Source of the DNA: an uncultured Gammaproteobacteria bacterium
Lineage (GTDB): Bacteria > Patescibacteriota > Microgenomatia > PFEM01 > DATLAM01
Reading direction: 5' to 3'
NCBI GenBank assembly: GCA_964566925.1
Contig: CAZMIZ010000001.1
Location: 135,248-199,247, forward strand
Length of the DNA stretch: 64,000 nt
The stretch's first letter is position 1. Every line of letters begins with the position of its first letter. The translations under genes were made by a program, and so were the position numbers. Below, in pieces: positions 10,383-19,866 of this stretch. Below the pieces are notes generated by a model that made no database searches, was not told where the DNA came from, and worked only from the letters and a program-made list of their open reading frames with translations.

Positions 10383-10792
10383 ACCTAGGCTGTGGTATAA
10401 TTCGACTGATGGGAACCTTCCTTGACCAATTGACTGAAGAAAAAGGCAAGTTTAAGCTCTTAAGAGAGGACCGCCACCTCAATTTAAGCATCAGATTAAA
10501 TTTAATCTTTTTGGCTATCAGTTTTTTCTTTTTGATGCTTTTTTGGCAAAGACTGCCTCCCCGGGTGCCTCTTTTTTTCAGCCATCCCTGGGGAGAAAGC
10601 CAGCTGATTCCGCCCATCGGACTTTTTCTCCTACCTCTCCTCTGTCTTTTGGTTTGGGTCATCAACTTCTGTCTTCTCCTGAAAACTTTAAAAGAGGAAA
10701 AAATTCTTGCTTGGATTTTAGCGGGGACCAGCTTAACTTTTACTTTCCTTTGCCTTGTCGCTTTGTATCAGATTATTAGGCTTATTCTCTAA
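10379..10792 (+). CDS. small hydrophobic membrane protein (hypothetical)
   Basis: 137-aa ORF with three or four TM helices between the GT-C and WecA-like genes. Coding status uncertain. Confidence 0.35.
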   Translation: MNLGCGIIRLMGTFLDQLTEEKGKFKLLREDRHLNLSIRLNLIFLAISFFFLMLFWQRLPPRVPLFFSHPWGESQLIPPIGLFLLPLLCLLVWVINFCLLLKTLKEEKILAWILAGTSLTFTFLCLVALYQIIRLIL

Positions 10793-10799
10793 AACTAAA

Positions 10800-11906
10800 G
10801 TGATTTCTCTCGTCTTAATCAAAAAACTTATTGGTGAGCCTTTTCTGGCCGCCTTTATTATTTCCCTCCTGTCGACGCCTTTAACGATTAAGCTTGCCCG
10901 CCGTTTTCGCTTGGTTGACGACCCCGCCAACCGGCGTCATCCCGCCCATACCCATCAGGGAATTATTCCCCGAGCCGGAGGTCTCCCCATCTTTTTAAGC
11001 CTCACCTTTACCAGTCTTCTTTTCCTTCCTTTAGATAAACACTTAAAAGGGGTTCTCTTCGGAGCGGCTCTCCTGATCATTATCGGCCTTCTTGATGATC
11101 GCTTTGATTTAAACCCTTATCTTAGGCTTTTCACCTGTCTTCTCGCTGCCGGCATGGTGGTCGTCGCCGGCATTGGCATTGCTTTTATTAATAATCCCTT
11201 TAACGGCATCATTCATCTTGATCAACCTCAAATTTATTTTGAATTTTTAGGAAAAACTAGAAGCATTTGGGTGCTGGCTAGCTTTTTCGCCTTATTTTGG
11301 ATTGTCTGGATGGCTAATATCGTCAACTGGGCTAAGGGTTTCGACGGTCAGTTGCCGGGAATTGTCACCATCGCCGCCTTAACCATTGCCCTTTTGTCTT
11401 TCCGCTTTTCCGCTGACGTCACCCAATGGCCAGTGACCATTTTGGCCGCGATTACGGCTGGGGCTTATTTTGGTTTTTTACCTTTCAATTTTTATCCTCA
11501 AAAGATTATGCCTGGCTACGGCGGGGGAACCTTGGCCGGCTTCATGCTGGCTGTTCTTGCCATTCTTTCGACCACCAAAATTGGCACCGCCATCGTGGTT
11601 TTAGGGGTGCCGGTGATCGACGCGATTTATTCAATCGCCCGTCGACTGGCCGCCGGCCGCTCACCAGTTTGGGGCGACCGAGGCCATCTCCATCACAAAC
11701 TTTTAGACGAATGGCACTGGGGTAAACGTCGAACGGCCATTTTTTACTGGCTAGTGACCGCCCTTCTGGGAGCAGTGGCTTTAAGTTTGAATAGTCGCCA
11801 AAAATTTTATACAATCATTATGATCGCGGTAGCGATCGGAGGAGTTCTTTTGTGGTTAAACTTCTTTACAACCTGGCGCTCGCAGCCCGACCAAGACAGA
11901 CAATAA
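10800..11906 (+). CDS. polyprenyl-phosphate HexNAc-1-phosphate transferase (WecA/MraY family, GT4)
   Basis: RLVDDPANRRHPAHTHQGIIPRAGGLPIF and NIVNWAKGFDGQLPG are WecA/MraY-family motifs. The track ORF starts at 10755. An in-frame GTG at 10800 just after the upstream stop is the more likely start. Confidence 0.7.
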   Translation: MISLVLIKKLIGEPFLAAFIISLLSTPLTIKLARRFRLVDDPANRRHPAHTHQGIIPRAGGLPIFLSLTFTSLLFLPLDKHLKGVLFGAALLIIIGLLDDRFDLNPYLRLFTCLLAAGMVVVAGIGIAFINNPFNGIIHLDQPQIYFEFLGKTRSIWVLASFFALFWIVWMANIVNWAKGFDGQLPGIVTIAALTIALLSFRFSADVTQWPVTILAAITAGAYFGFLPFNFYPQKIMPGYGGGTLAGFMLAVLAILSTTKIGTAIVVLGVPVIDAIYSIARRLAAGRSPVWGDRGHLHHKLLDEWHWGKRRTAIFYWLVTALLGAVALSLNSRQKFYTIIMIAVAIGGVLLWLNFFTTWRSQPDQDRQ

Positions 11907-12784
11907 AAAATCTGGTTCTTTTTGCTGCTTTGATTTTCTCGGGCAACCTGCTGGTCACCGAAAAATTTTTAACCGTCGGTAAAGGTTTCCTTATTTTTTC
12001 TTTGCTCGCCTCCTCTAAATATATTTTTAATGATATTATTGATCTCCCTCTAGATCGACACCATCCCATCAAAAAGCACCGGCCAATTGCCACCGGTTCT
12101 CTGCCTATCCCCATTGCTCTTTTTGCTGTGATTGTTGGCGTTTTCACCAGCCTTTACTTGGCTGCCCAACTTTCTTTTTTCTTTTTTTTGACTTGCCTTG
12201 CCTATTTTCTGCTTCAACTAATTTACACTTTCTTTTTAAAGAACTTAGTTATTTTAGACGTTTTAGCCATTGCCGGCGGTTTTATCTTGCGGGTTTACGC
12301 CGGCGCTTTTGCGATCGATGTTCACCTTTCGGTTTGGTTCCTTCTTTGCCTTATTTCCCTTTCTCTTTTCCTGGCCGTAGGCAAGCGGCGAGCGGAATTA
12401 ACCATTCTTGCCTCCAGAAAAGCTCTTCACCCCAGAAAAACCCTGGCCTTTTATAAACCGGCTTTACTTGATTCTTATCTAGCCATGTTCGGCAATGCCG
12501 CCTGGCTTTCTTATGCTCTTTTTACCTTCTTCACCCCTAGCCCCCCAGTTGCCCAAAGATTTCCTTTCTGGGATCGGCTGCCCCTAACTCTGGCCGGGGT
12601 TAATAAATGGCTGATGTTAACCATTCCCATGGTTATTTTTGCCATTATGCGCTATATGCAAATCATCTATACTGGCTCAAAAGCCGAAGCTCCAGAAAAA
12701 GTCCTTTTGTCAGACAAATCACTCTTGACGGTAATCACTGTCTGGGGCATCATGGTAATTTTAATTATCTATGGCGTTAGATAA
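11852..12784 (+). CDS. UbiA-family prenyltransferase (decaprenyl-phosphate phosphoribosyltransferase-like)
   Basis: NDIIDLPLDRHHPIKKHRPIATG is the UbiA NDxxDxxxD signature. Eight or nine TM helices. N-terminal ARPRQTIKN. Confidence 0.7.
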   Translation: MVKLLYNLALAARPRQTIKNLVLFAALIFSGNLLVTEKFLTVGKGFLIFSLLASSKYIFNDIIDLPLDRHHPIKKHRPIATGSLPIPIALFAVIVGVFTSLYLAAQLSFFFFLTCLAYFLLQLIYTFFLKNLVILDVLAIAGGFILRVYAGAFAIDVHLSVWFLLCLISLSLFLAVGKRRAELTILASRKALHPRKTLAFYKPALLDSYLAMFGNAAWLSYALFTFFTPSPPVAQRFPFWDRLPLTLAGVNKWLMLTIPMVIFAIMRYMQIIYTGSKAEAPEKVLLSDKSLLTVITVWGIMVILIIYGVR

Positions 12785-13595
12785 AAACAAAAAGACTAGT
12801 CTGGCTGATATCAAAGCTCTCTATCAACCACCAGCCAATTCTCATAAAGGTCAAAACGGAAAACTAATCATCATCGGTGGCTCCCACCTTTTCCATGGGG
12901 CTTCGCTTTGGGCCTTGAAGGTGGCCAGTCGGATCGTGGACATGGTCTATTATTCTTCGATTCCCGAGAATCTTAAATTAACCCAAAAACTGAAAGCTAA
13001 TCTTTATGATTTTATTGGTGTGCCTAGAGAAGAGATTGAAGCCTATATCCAGGAGGCAGAAGCAATTCTTATTGGTCCGGGTTTAACCCGGGAAAAAGGA
13101 ACCAAGAGTTTAACAGAAAAGTTGATCAAAAAATTTCCTAAAAAGCAATGGGTGATTGATGCCGGCAGCCTCCAAATGATGTCTCAAAAATTGATTCCTA
13201 AAAACTCAATCCTTTTACCCCACAGAAAGGAATTCAAGCGGCTTTTTGGGGTTAAAGCTAATCCAGAAAACGCCGCCAAAATGGCTCAGAGATATGGTTG
13301 CGTCATTCTCCTGAAAGGCCCAACCGATTACATCTGTTCTTCTTCTAAATGTAAAATCAATCTCACTGGCAATGAAGGGATGACCAAAGGGGGAACCGGT
13401 GATGTTTTGGCGGGACTGGTGGCTGCTTTTGCTTGTAAAAACGATCCTTTTTTAGCCGCTTGCGCGGGGGCCTATATTAATGGCCTGGCTGGTGACCGAC
13501 TAAAAAAACGGGTGGGCATTTACTACAACGCCTCTGATTTAGCCGAAGAAATTCCAGCAACTTTAAAATGGTGCTTAGGTAATAAGAAGAACTAA
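12771..13595 (+). CDS. nnrD: ADP-dependent NAD(P)H-hydrate dehydratase (YjeF C-terminal domain)
   Basis: GKLIIIGGS ... ILIGPGL ... ILLKGPTDYI ... GNEGMTKGGTGDVLAGLVAAF. Confidence 0.75.
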   Translation: MALDKNKKTSLADIKALYQPPANSHKGQNGKLIIIGGSHLFHGASLWALKVASRIVDMVYYSSIPENLKLTQKLKANLYDFIGVPREEIEAYIQEAEAILIGPGLTREKGTKSLTEKLIKKFPKKQWVIDAGSLQMMSQKLIPKNSILLPHRKEFKRLFGVKANPENAAKMAQRYGCVILLKGPTDYICSSSKCKINLTGNEGMTKGGTGDVLAGLVAAFACKNDPFLAACAGAYINGLAGDRLKKRVGIYYNASDLAEEIPATLKWCLGNKKN

Positions 13596-13599
13596 GGAG

Positions 13600-14521
13600 C
13601 TACTCTACTAATTCTGAATAAACCCCGGAAACCCAACCTTCTTCTCCCTCTTCATATTCAATTTTATGCCAGCCACTTTCAGTTTTACCAAGATAAGGAT
13701 AGGTTTCGCCGGGATTAACCTTCGCTAGTTCAGTGGATTCATCATCAGTTGACGGTTCTTCTCTAACTCGCAACCAACCAGTAGGCGTCTCTTTGATGCG
13801 CACATAGGGCTTGTCAACCGAGGCAGTCGGGGTTGCCTCAGCCTTAGTTGTTGGTGTCGGGGTGGTTTCTTCCTCTTCAGCCTCTTCTTCCTCTTCTTTC
13901 TTTTCTGCGCTGGGTGTTGCCTCTTCCTCTTCCGTTCCTTCTTCCTCTTTAGCCAATTGAACTGCGACCGTCAATTTATAACCAGTAACCGTGTGCGCCG
14001 AAATAGATTTTTCTTGATAACCAGGAGCAGAAACAACCACCTGATAATCGCCAGCTGACAGATCTTCAATTAGAACCGGGGCAAACCCTTTTGGTTCTCC
14101 ATCAACTTTCACTACCGCCTGATCAGGAATAGAGATGACCTCTAAAGAAGCACTGTCTTTTTTGGCAATTTTTTCTAGAGATAATGTTTCGCCCGAAGAA
14201 GAGTCTTCGCTTGACCCAAGTGTTCGATTAATCACCGTTAATATATTAGCCACTAAAGTGACTTTACTTTCCCAGGAAACCAGCTGATCAGTGGTAGCTT
14301 CAGGGACGAGCTTAACCGTGTGTTCTCCAGGAGTGAGTTGATCATCAAAATAAGGTGTAATCCCCACACTGTTGCCATCCAGAAAAACCGTAGCCGTTGG
14401 GGTTGAGGAAATCTGAAGGGCGGCCGGGCCGCCTTGGTTAAGAAACTTTCCCCGAAAAATAAAAACGCCCAGAGCCAGGGCGAGAACAGCAACAATGGCA
14501 ATCAGCCAAGATTTCTTCATC
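13600..14521 (-). CDS. membrane-anchored PEGA-domain protein with acidic linker and C-terminal SH3b domain
   Basis: MKKSW start (the track ORF extends to 14601), one TM helix, PEGA-like ATVFLDGNSVGITPY, a Glu/Thr-rich low-complexity stretch, and a C-terminal GWLRVREEPS ... GWHKIEY SH3b-like domain. Confidence 0.55.
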
Positions 14522-14617
14522 AGGGATGAATGATACCATAAATTGTCAAAAAGGACAAGCATCTTATAGGGTAAAGGTTTTGCTTTTTTGAGGCCAGGCA
14601 TGATAAAATCAGAGTAA

Positions 14618-14689
14618 GGCCTGGTACTCGAGTAGCCCAGAGAGCTGTCTGCAAAACAGCTAACGCGGGTGCAAATCCCGCCCAGGCCT
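14618..14689 (+). tRNA. tRNA-Cys (anticodon GCA), candidate
   Basis: Hand-folded cloverleaf. 7-bp acceptor stem GGCCTGG/CCAGGCC. Anticodon stem GCTGT/ACAGC with loop CTGCAAA (U33, GCA at 34-36, A37). T arm GCGGG-TGCAAAT-CCCGC, 72 nt with discriminator T. Unusual G at position 55. No encoded CCA. Confidence 0.6.
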
Positions 14690-14706
14690 CAAAAAACTGA
14701 ACGTGC

Positions 14707-14735
14707 TTGACTTTTTGAGCCTAATTTGGTATACT
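14707..14735 (+). promoter_or_regulatory. sigma70-like promoter TTGACT-N17-TATACT upstream of the M23 peptidase gene
   Basis: Near-consensus hexamers with ideal spacing, 60 nt upstream of the ATG. Confidence 0.5.
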
Positions 14736-14743
14736 CTAGTCAA

Positions 14744-14763
14744 CCTATTGCAATTGCAATAGG
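14744..14763 (+). promoter_or_regulatory. perfect 20-bp palindrome CCTATTGCAATTGCAATAGG just downstream of the -10
   Basis: Exact self-complementarity read from the sequence. The position suggests an operator. Confidence 0.5.
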
Positions 14764-14797
14764 ATTTTTTATTTAGCGGGCTAAATTAACCCGCCAA

Positions 14798-15493
14798 ATG
14801 ACTACTTTAACCCTTTCGCTAGGAAGAAACCAAGTGTTGGTTTCTTTCGGCCGCAAATCGGGGCGACCCAAACGCACTCTTGCGGTTAAATTAGGCGAAA
14901 TCATTTCCTTTACTAAGAAGCTGGCCACCTCACGACGCTATGCTGGTCATCCGGTCAGTCGGGTTTTGCGTCGGGTTTTTGAGTTCCAAAAAATCAGGGG
15001 AATTCTAGGCTTAAACTTGGCTTTTATTGCTTTATTCTCTGGGGTTTTAATTCCCCCTATTTCGGCTCTGGATACTCAACCCGAAGAAGAAATCGTGGCT
15101 CTTTCTCCTGGTGAAACCCAGGTAATTACCCTGGAAGGGATTCAATCGCCTTTAAAGACTTTTAATGTCAGCCAGGGTTATAGTTTTTTTCACCCAGCCA
15201 TTGACCTTGATGAAGAGTTAGGCGCCGAAATTTACCCGATTATGAAGGGTCAAGTTGAAGATGTCTCCGAAGGCCGGTTTGGCTATGGAAAATCCATTCT
15301 AATTAACCATGGCAATAATCTGAAATCCTTTTATGCCCACCTCAACCAAATCAATGTTTACGAAGGTGAAGAAGTGAATATGGAGACTGTGATTGGGACT
15401 GTGGGTCGGACTGGTTGGGCAACTGGTACCCACCTTCACTTAGAGATCCGAGATAACGGCAAAAACATTAACCCTTTAACCTTGTTGCGCTGA
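14798..15493 (+). CDS. M23-family (LytM-like) peptidoglycan endopeptidase, membrane anchored
   Basis: HPAIDLD ... GWATGTHLHLEI, the classic HxxxD/HxH M23 motifs. N-terminal TM helix. Confidence 0.8.
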   Translation: MTTLTLSLGRNQVLVSFGRKSGRPKRTLAVKLGEIISFTKKLATSRRYAGHPVSRVLRRVFEFQKIRGILGLNLAFIALFSGVLIPPISALDTQPEEEIVALSPGETQVITLEGIQSPLKTFNVSQGYSFFHPAIDLDEELGAEIYPIMKGQVEDVSEGRFGYGKSILINHGNNLKSFYAHLNQINVYEGEEVNMETVIGTVGRTGWATGTHLHLEIRDNGKNINPLTLLR

Positions 15494-15535
15494 AGGGAAA
15501 AGCGCTAGTTTCAACACTAAGGTTTAAAGAGAATT

Positions 15536-15558
15536 AAAAAACCCGCTTCCGCGGGTTT
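15536..15558. terminator. bidirectional Rho-independent terminator between convergent genes
   Basis: AAAAAA-CCCGC-TTCC-GCGGG-TTT, a hairpin flanked by A and T tracts. Confidence 0.6.
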
Positions 15559-15587
15559 AATTTTGCGTTTTAAGTTTTAAGCCTCGC

Positions 15588-17231
15588 CTACATTCCCATT
15601 CCTCCACCGGGCATGCCGCCACCAGGCATACCTGGTCCGCCAGCTGGCGGATTTTCTTTTTCAGGAATATCGGTCACTAAACCTTCGGTTGTCAAAATCA
15701 TCATCGCCACCGAAACCGCGTTTTGAAGAGCGGTGCGGGTCACTTTGACTGGGTCAATAATCCCCGCCTTAATCATGTCCACATATTCACCAGTTAAGAC
15801 GTTAAAGCCAACGCCTTTTTCCTTTTTCTTGACATTGGAAACAACCACATTGCCATCTTCACCTGCGTTTTCAGCTAAAAGTCTCATTGGTGCTAGTAAG
15901 GCTTTTTGAATAATCTTTGCTCCAGTTAATTCGTCACCTTTCAAACCTTTAGTCTCAATTGTTTCCGAAGCAGCCAATAAAATTACCCCACCGCCAGGCA
16001 CAATCCCTTCTTCAATGGCTGCCTTAGTCGCTGCCACTGCGTCTTTAACTCTTTCTTGACGTTCTTTAAGCTCAACTTCAGTCGCCGCGCCAACTTCAAT
16101 TACCGCTACCCCGCCGGAAAGTTTGGCTAATCTTTCCTCAAGTTTTTCTCGATCAAATTCGCTGGTAGTCCGATTGATCTCAGCTTTAATTTGTTTAATT
16201 CTGCCCTGAATAGCTGATTTTTGGCCTTTACCGCCAACAATAATGGTTTTGTCTTTGTCGGTCGTCACCCGATCGGCTCGACCCAAATCTTCAACGGTTA
16301 CCTCCTCAAGTTTCCGACCCACGTCTTCGGAAATCACGACTCCCCCAGTAAGGATAGCGATGTCTTCAAGCATCTCTTTTCGCCGATCACCAAAACCCGG
16401 AGCCTCAACCGCTAAAACGTTAAAAGTGCCTTTAAGTTTATTGACTACTAGAGTCGCTAAAGCCTCGCCTTCAACCTCGTCAGCAATAATCACCAAATTT
16501 TTGGAAACTTTGACCAAGTTTTCTAAGAAAGGCAGCATTTCTTGAAGGGAAGAGATTTTTTTATCGGTCAGCAAGATATAGGGATTTTCAATCGTGGCTT
16601 CCATCGTGTCCGCATCAGTCACGAAATAGGGGGAAACGTAACCTTTATCAAATTCCATCCCTTCCTTATAATCAATTACCAATTCTAAACCTTTGCCTTC
16701 CTCAACCGTGACCACACCGTCGGCCCCGACTTTTTTCAGGGCTTCGGCAATCCTGGAGCCAATTTCTGCGTCTTGAGCCGAAATCGTGGCCACCTGAACA
16801 ATCTGGTCGGAATCATCCCGAACCGATTTGGCCTGTTTTTTGATAGCCGTCACCGCTTGCTCAGCGGCCTTTTCAATCCCCTTATTAAGAATCATCGGGT
16901 TGGCACCGGCGGTAATGTTTTTAATTCCCTCTTCAACAATTGCTTGGGCGAGAATTGTGGCTGTCGTTGTCCCGTCACCGGTGACATCATTGGTTTTGTC
17001 AGCCGCTTCTTTAACTAGCTGGGCCCCCATGTTTTCAAAAGGATCTTTAAGCTCAATTTCTTTGGCTACGGAAACGCCGTCGTGAACCACTGAAGGAGCA
17101 CCCCATTTTTTATCCAAAGCGATATTTCTCCCTTTGGGGCCCAAGGTAGTGCCCACCGCTTTAGCCACGGCATCAACGCCTTTTTTTAGTTTTTCCCTGG
17201 CCTCTTCGGCATATTTTAATTGTTTAGCCAT
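15588..17231 (-). CDS. groEL: chaperonin GroEL
   Basis: [15 protein letters not shown] ... GPKGRN. C-terminal GGM-type repeat [10 protein letters not shown]. Confidence 0.95.
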   Translation of the reverse strand: MAKQLKYAEEAREKLKKGVDAVAKAVGTTLGPKGRNIALDKKWGAPSVVHDGVSVAKEIELKDPFENMGAQLVKEAADKTNDVTGDGTTTATILAQAIVEEGIKNITAGANPMILNKGIEKAAEQAVTAIKKQAKSVRDDSDQIVQVATISAQDAEIGSRIAEALKKVGADGVVTVEEGKGLELVIDYKEGMEFDKGYVSPYFVTDADTMEATIENPYILLTDKKISSLQEMLPFLENLVKVSKNLVIIADEVEGEALATLVVNKLKGTFNVLAVEAPGFGDRRKEMLEDIAILTGGVVISEDVGRKLEEVTVEDLGRADRVTTDKDKTIIVGGKGQKSAIQGRIKQIKAEINRTTSEFDREKLEERLAKLSGGVAVIEVGAATEVELKERQERVKDAVAATKAAIEEGIVPGGGVILLAASETIETKGLKGDELTGAKIIQKALLAPMRLLAENAGEDGNVVVSNVKKKEKGVGFNVLTGEYVDMIKAGIIDPVKVTRTALQNAVSVAMMILTTEGLVTDIPEKENPPAGGPGMPGGGMPGGGMGM

Positions 17232-17256
17232 CCTTCGACTCCGCTCAGGATAAATT

Positions 17257-17574
17257 TTATTTAAGAACTGCTAGAACGTCCTCAAATTTAACAAAAACTA
17301 ATTCTTTCCCGGAAACATCAAATTTAACTTCATCCCCACCCCATTTTTTGAAAATTACCAGGTCGCCCACTTTAAATTCAGGCATCACTTTTCGGCCTGA
17401 ATCAGTAGTTTGGGGACCACCCAGGGCAATTACTTTTCCTTTTTGAGATTTTTCGTCATGAGTATCAGGAAGAACAATCCCGGCCGCGGTTTTTTTCTCT
17501 AAAGCCACCGGCTCCACCAAAGCATAACCGGCCGTTGGTTTCAATCTGGGTTTTATAGTTTTTGTTCGAGCCAT
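17257..17574 (-). CDS. groES: co-chaperonin GroES
   Basis: [12 protein letters not shown] ... GKVIALG is a typical GroES mobile loop and core. Confidence 0.9.
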   Translation of the reverse strand: MARTKTIKPRLKPTAGYALVEPVALEKKTAAGIVLPDTHDEKSQKGKVIALGGPQTTDSGRKVMPEFKVGDLVIFKKWGGDEVKFDVSGKELVFVKFEDVLAVLK

Positions 17575-17638
17575 CTTTTATTACAAAAAAAAGTTATACT
17601 TCGCAGTAACGCTCGTATAATTTTCGCTTTACTCAAAC

Positions 17639-17653
17639 TATCACTCAGTGATA
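17639..17653. promoter_or_regulatory. inverted repeat TATCACTcAGTGATA at the groES transcription start region
   Basis: Perfect 7-1-7 palindrome about 10 nt downstream of the -10. A second IR, ATTGCT-N11-AGCAAT, brackets the -10. Neither matches CIRCE. Confidence 0.4.
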
Positions 17654-17662
17654 ACGATTGCT

Positions 17663-17691
17663 ATTCTATCGCAAGCAATACCTTTTGTCAA
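17663..17691 (-). promoter_or_regulatory. consensus sigma70 promoter TTGACA-N17-TAGAAT for groES-groEL
   Basis: The minus strand reads TTGACA aaaggtattgcttgcga TAGAAT. Confidence 0.55.
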
Positions 17692-17698
17692 GGCTGAA

Positions 17699-18346
17699 TT
17701 AAATAACCTTAACCAAACAAACCGTCACATTGTCCTGACCACTGGCTTGACTGGCGGCCTTGACCAACTCTTTAGCTTTGATTTTCAGTGATTTTTTGGT
17801 TTTACCAACTTTCTTAAGTAGGGCCAAAATTTTCTCATCACTTAGGGATTGATAGAGCCCATCAGTACAAAGAAGCAGAAGGTTTCCTTTTTTGAGCTCG
17901 CCTTTAAAGATATCAATTTTAACCTCCGGTTTAATGCCTAAAACCCGAGTGACAATTCCCCCACCCAAGCCGTGATCAATCGAAACCTGGTTAAAAGCAC
18001 CGGCTTGAACCAAGTAGGCCCGGCTGTCCCCTACATTGGCAAAAGTCGCTTTCCGACCTTCAATCACCACCCCGACCAAGGTGGTGGCCATCCCAAAATA
18101 ATCAGCTTTTTCTCGAGACTGGCGATAAACTTCGTGGTTGGCCAGCTCAAAAGCTCTTTTTAAATTCCTAGTTTCTTGATAGGTTTCAATGGCGGTCTCA
18201 ATGGCTGTTTGAGCCGCCACCTCACCAGCCGGCAAACCGCCTAAACCATCGGCCACCAAAAAAAACTCCTCATCCACATAGCCAAAATCATCCTCGTTCT
18301 TCTCGCGGCCTTGACCAATATCGGTTGCAAATGCAGAAATCACCAT
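17699..18346 (-). CDS. PP2C-family Ser/Thr protein phosphatase
   Basis: FLVADGLGGLPAGEVAAQ, NVGDSRAYL, LLLCTDGL. Confidence 0.8.
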   Translation of the reverse strand: MVISAFATDIGQGREKNEDDFGYVDEEFFLVADGLGGLPAGEVAAQTAIETAIETYQETRNLKRAFELANHEVYRQSREKADYFGMATTLVGVVIEGRKATFANVGDSRAYLVQAGAFNQVSIDHGLGGGIVTRVLGIKPEVKIDIFKGELKKGNLLLLCTDGLYQSLSDEKILALLKKVGKTKKSLKIKAKELVKAASQASGQDNVTVCLVKVI

Positions 18347-18349
18347 AAT

Positions 18350-18682
18350 CTATTCCCCTTCCACTGACTCTAAAAACAATCTTCTCTTAAAACCGCCGCG
18401 CTTTTGGCGTTTTTTAGTTTGAAATTTAGCTAGCTTAGTTTTGCTGAAGCCTTTTAGTTTTAGAAGGGTATCAATAATCTCTTGAACATCCGCGATCTCG
18501 TTTAAAAGCTCGATTTCTTTTGCCTTAATCAACTCTTTGGCCTCCTCAACTAGTTTCTTCCTTAATTCTCTTTCGTATTCTTCTTTGCTTAAAACTCGCG
18601 TTTTAGATTTCAAGCCTTCCTTCTCAATGATTTCCGAAATTCTATCCCGAATAAGCTTTCGGTAAACTTTTTTCTTAGCCAT
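18350..18682 (-). CDS. all-alpha NTP pyrophosphohydrolase (MazG/HisE-like house-cleaning enzyme), predicted
   Basis: KLIRDRISEII ... ADVQEIIDTLL ... KRQKRGGFKRRLFLE matches the small KLVRDKIPEII-type NTP-PPase family. Confidence 0.5.
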   Translation of the reverse strand: MAKKKVYRKLIRDRISEIIEKEGLKSKTRVLSKEEYERELRKKLVEEAKELIKAKEIELLNEIADVQEIIDTLLKLKGFSKTKLAKFQTKKRQKRGGFKRRLFLESVEGE

Positions 18683-18712
18683 GATTTGAGCTTCCTATTC
18701 TGCTTTCAATTC

Positions 18713-19468
18713 CTAGCCATCAATGGTCAAAATTTGATCGCGAACTGCCCTTAAATCGGCTATTTCTTTTTTTGTGGGCGAAGGGTTTCTGCTGTGCTCG
18801 ACCGCTAAACGCCAATATTCCGCCCATAGCGCCTGACTGCCTTGCCTGTTTTGGCCCGCTTCTAATTTTAACTTGGCCTCCTCATAAAGCGGAAGGGCTA
18901 ACTCTCTTGCTTCTTTGATCTGAATTCTTTGATACATTAGATCAATTTTATCTTGAACTTCTTGAGAAGTCCTTTGATCAGAAATCATCTCAATAAAAAA
19001 ACCTACCCTTGTTTCAAGAAAAGACAGACTATCCGCTGCTTGAACCAGGCTCTGGCGATAATTACCGCCAGTTTCATGAGCTTGAATAAGGTATAAAATA
19101 TCAACAAGTTGTTCTTCAGGTAGTTTCAATTCTCTTCTTAGAAATCGACAGGCAATCCTGGCCGAACGCCGACTATGACCAGTGGAATATTCTTCGTATT
19201 CCTCCGGACTATAACCAGAAGGAGGATGGGAAGGATAATAAGGGTCAAGAAAGGCTCGGTCAATATCATGAAGTTGGGCGGCTAAAACTACATTTAAATC
19301 AGCCGCTGGATCAATTCCTCTTACCCAGTCAGCGGCTCGGTCAAGATGGGTTTGAAGATTTTCTCCGCCAGATGAGAACCGTTCACATCTCTCTTTTACC
19401 CATGCCCTTACTTGAGCAAAAATTTGCTCTTCACTTAATTCAGAATTAGGTGATCCTTCTGTGAGCAT
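18713..19468 (-). CDS. HD-domain phosphohydrolase-like protein (hypothetical)
   Basis: THLDR ... AAQLHDIDRAF gives an H...HD...D arrangement. Confidence 0.4.
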   Translation of the reverse strand: MLTEGSPNSELSEEQIFAQVRAWVKERCERFSSGGENLQTHLDRAADWVRGIDPAADLNVVLAAQLHDIDRAFLDPYYPSHPPSGYSPEEYEEYSTGHSRRSARIACRFLRRELKLPEEQLVDILYLIQAHETGGNYRQSLVQAADSLSFLETRVGFFIEMISDQRTSQEVQDKIDLMYQRIQIKEARELALPLYEEAKLKLEAGQNRQGSQALWAEYWRLAVEHSRNPSPTKKEIADLRAVRDQILTIDG

Positions 19469-19499
19469 CTTGAAAGGCAGTGCCTTGATTCTACCAAAT

Positions 19500-19775
19500 T
19501 TAGCCTTGGAAAACTAGAGGACTACGGGGGGTCGAGTCTGAGTTCACAGAATCAGGACTAACAAAAATATCAGTAACCATTGGTCCTTTATCCTGATGAA
19601 CGGAACCAATCGTAGCCTGTTGATTTTGAGAAAAAACTTCTATCAAAATTTCCCCATGGGCTGGGGTTTCGGTCTTAATGATCTTTGTTCCATCAGAGAA
19701 GGTTAGGCGGATTATTCCCTCGGCCGCAGAAAACATCCCGCCGCCAACAACCATTATTTCAGGGGTTTTACTCAT
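19500..19775 (-). CDS. hypothetical small protein
   Basis: 91-aa ORF only. Confidence 0.3.
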   Translation of the reverse strand: MSKTPEIMVVGGGMFSAAEGIIRLTFSDGTKIIKTETPAHGEILIEVFSQNQQATIGSVHQDKGPMVTDIFVSPDSVNSDSTPRSPLVFQG

Positions 19776-19866
19776 TATTTCTCCTTGAGAGAGAAATTCT
19801 AGCAGATTTAGGCTCGCGAAGCAACCATCTTAGACCGGAAAAAATTCTTAATCAACTTCTGAAGGC

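Noticed and set aside
10023-10665. Overlapping 100-142-aa ORFs on both strands
   Set aside because: These are low-complexity translations antisense to, or out of frame with, the GT-C gene, with no support as genes.
17575-17698. CIRCE/HrcA operator upstream of groES
   Set aside because: The inverted repeats present (TATCACTcAGTGATA and ATTGCT-N11-AGCAAT) do not match the 9-N9-9 CIRCE consensus.
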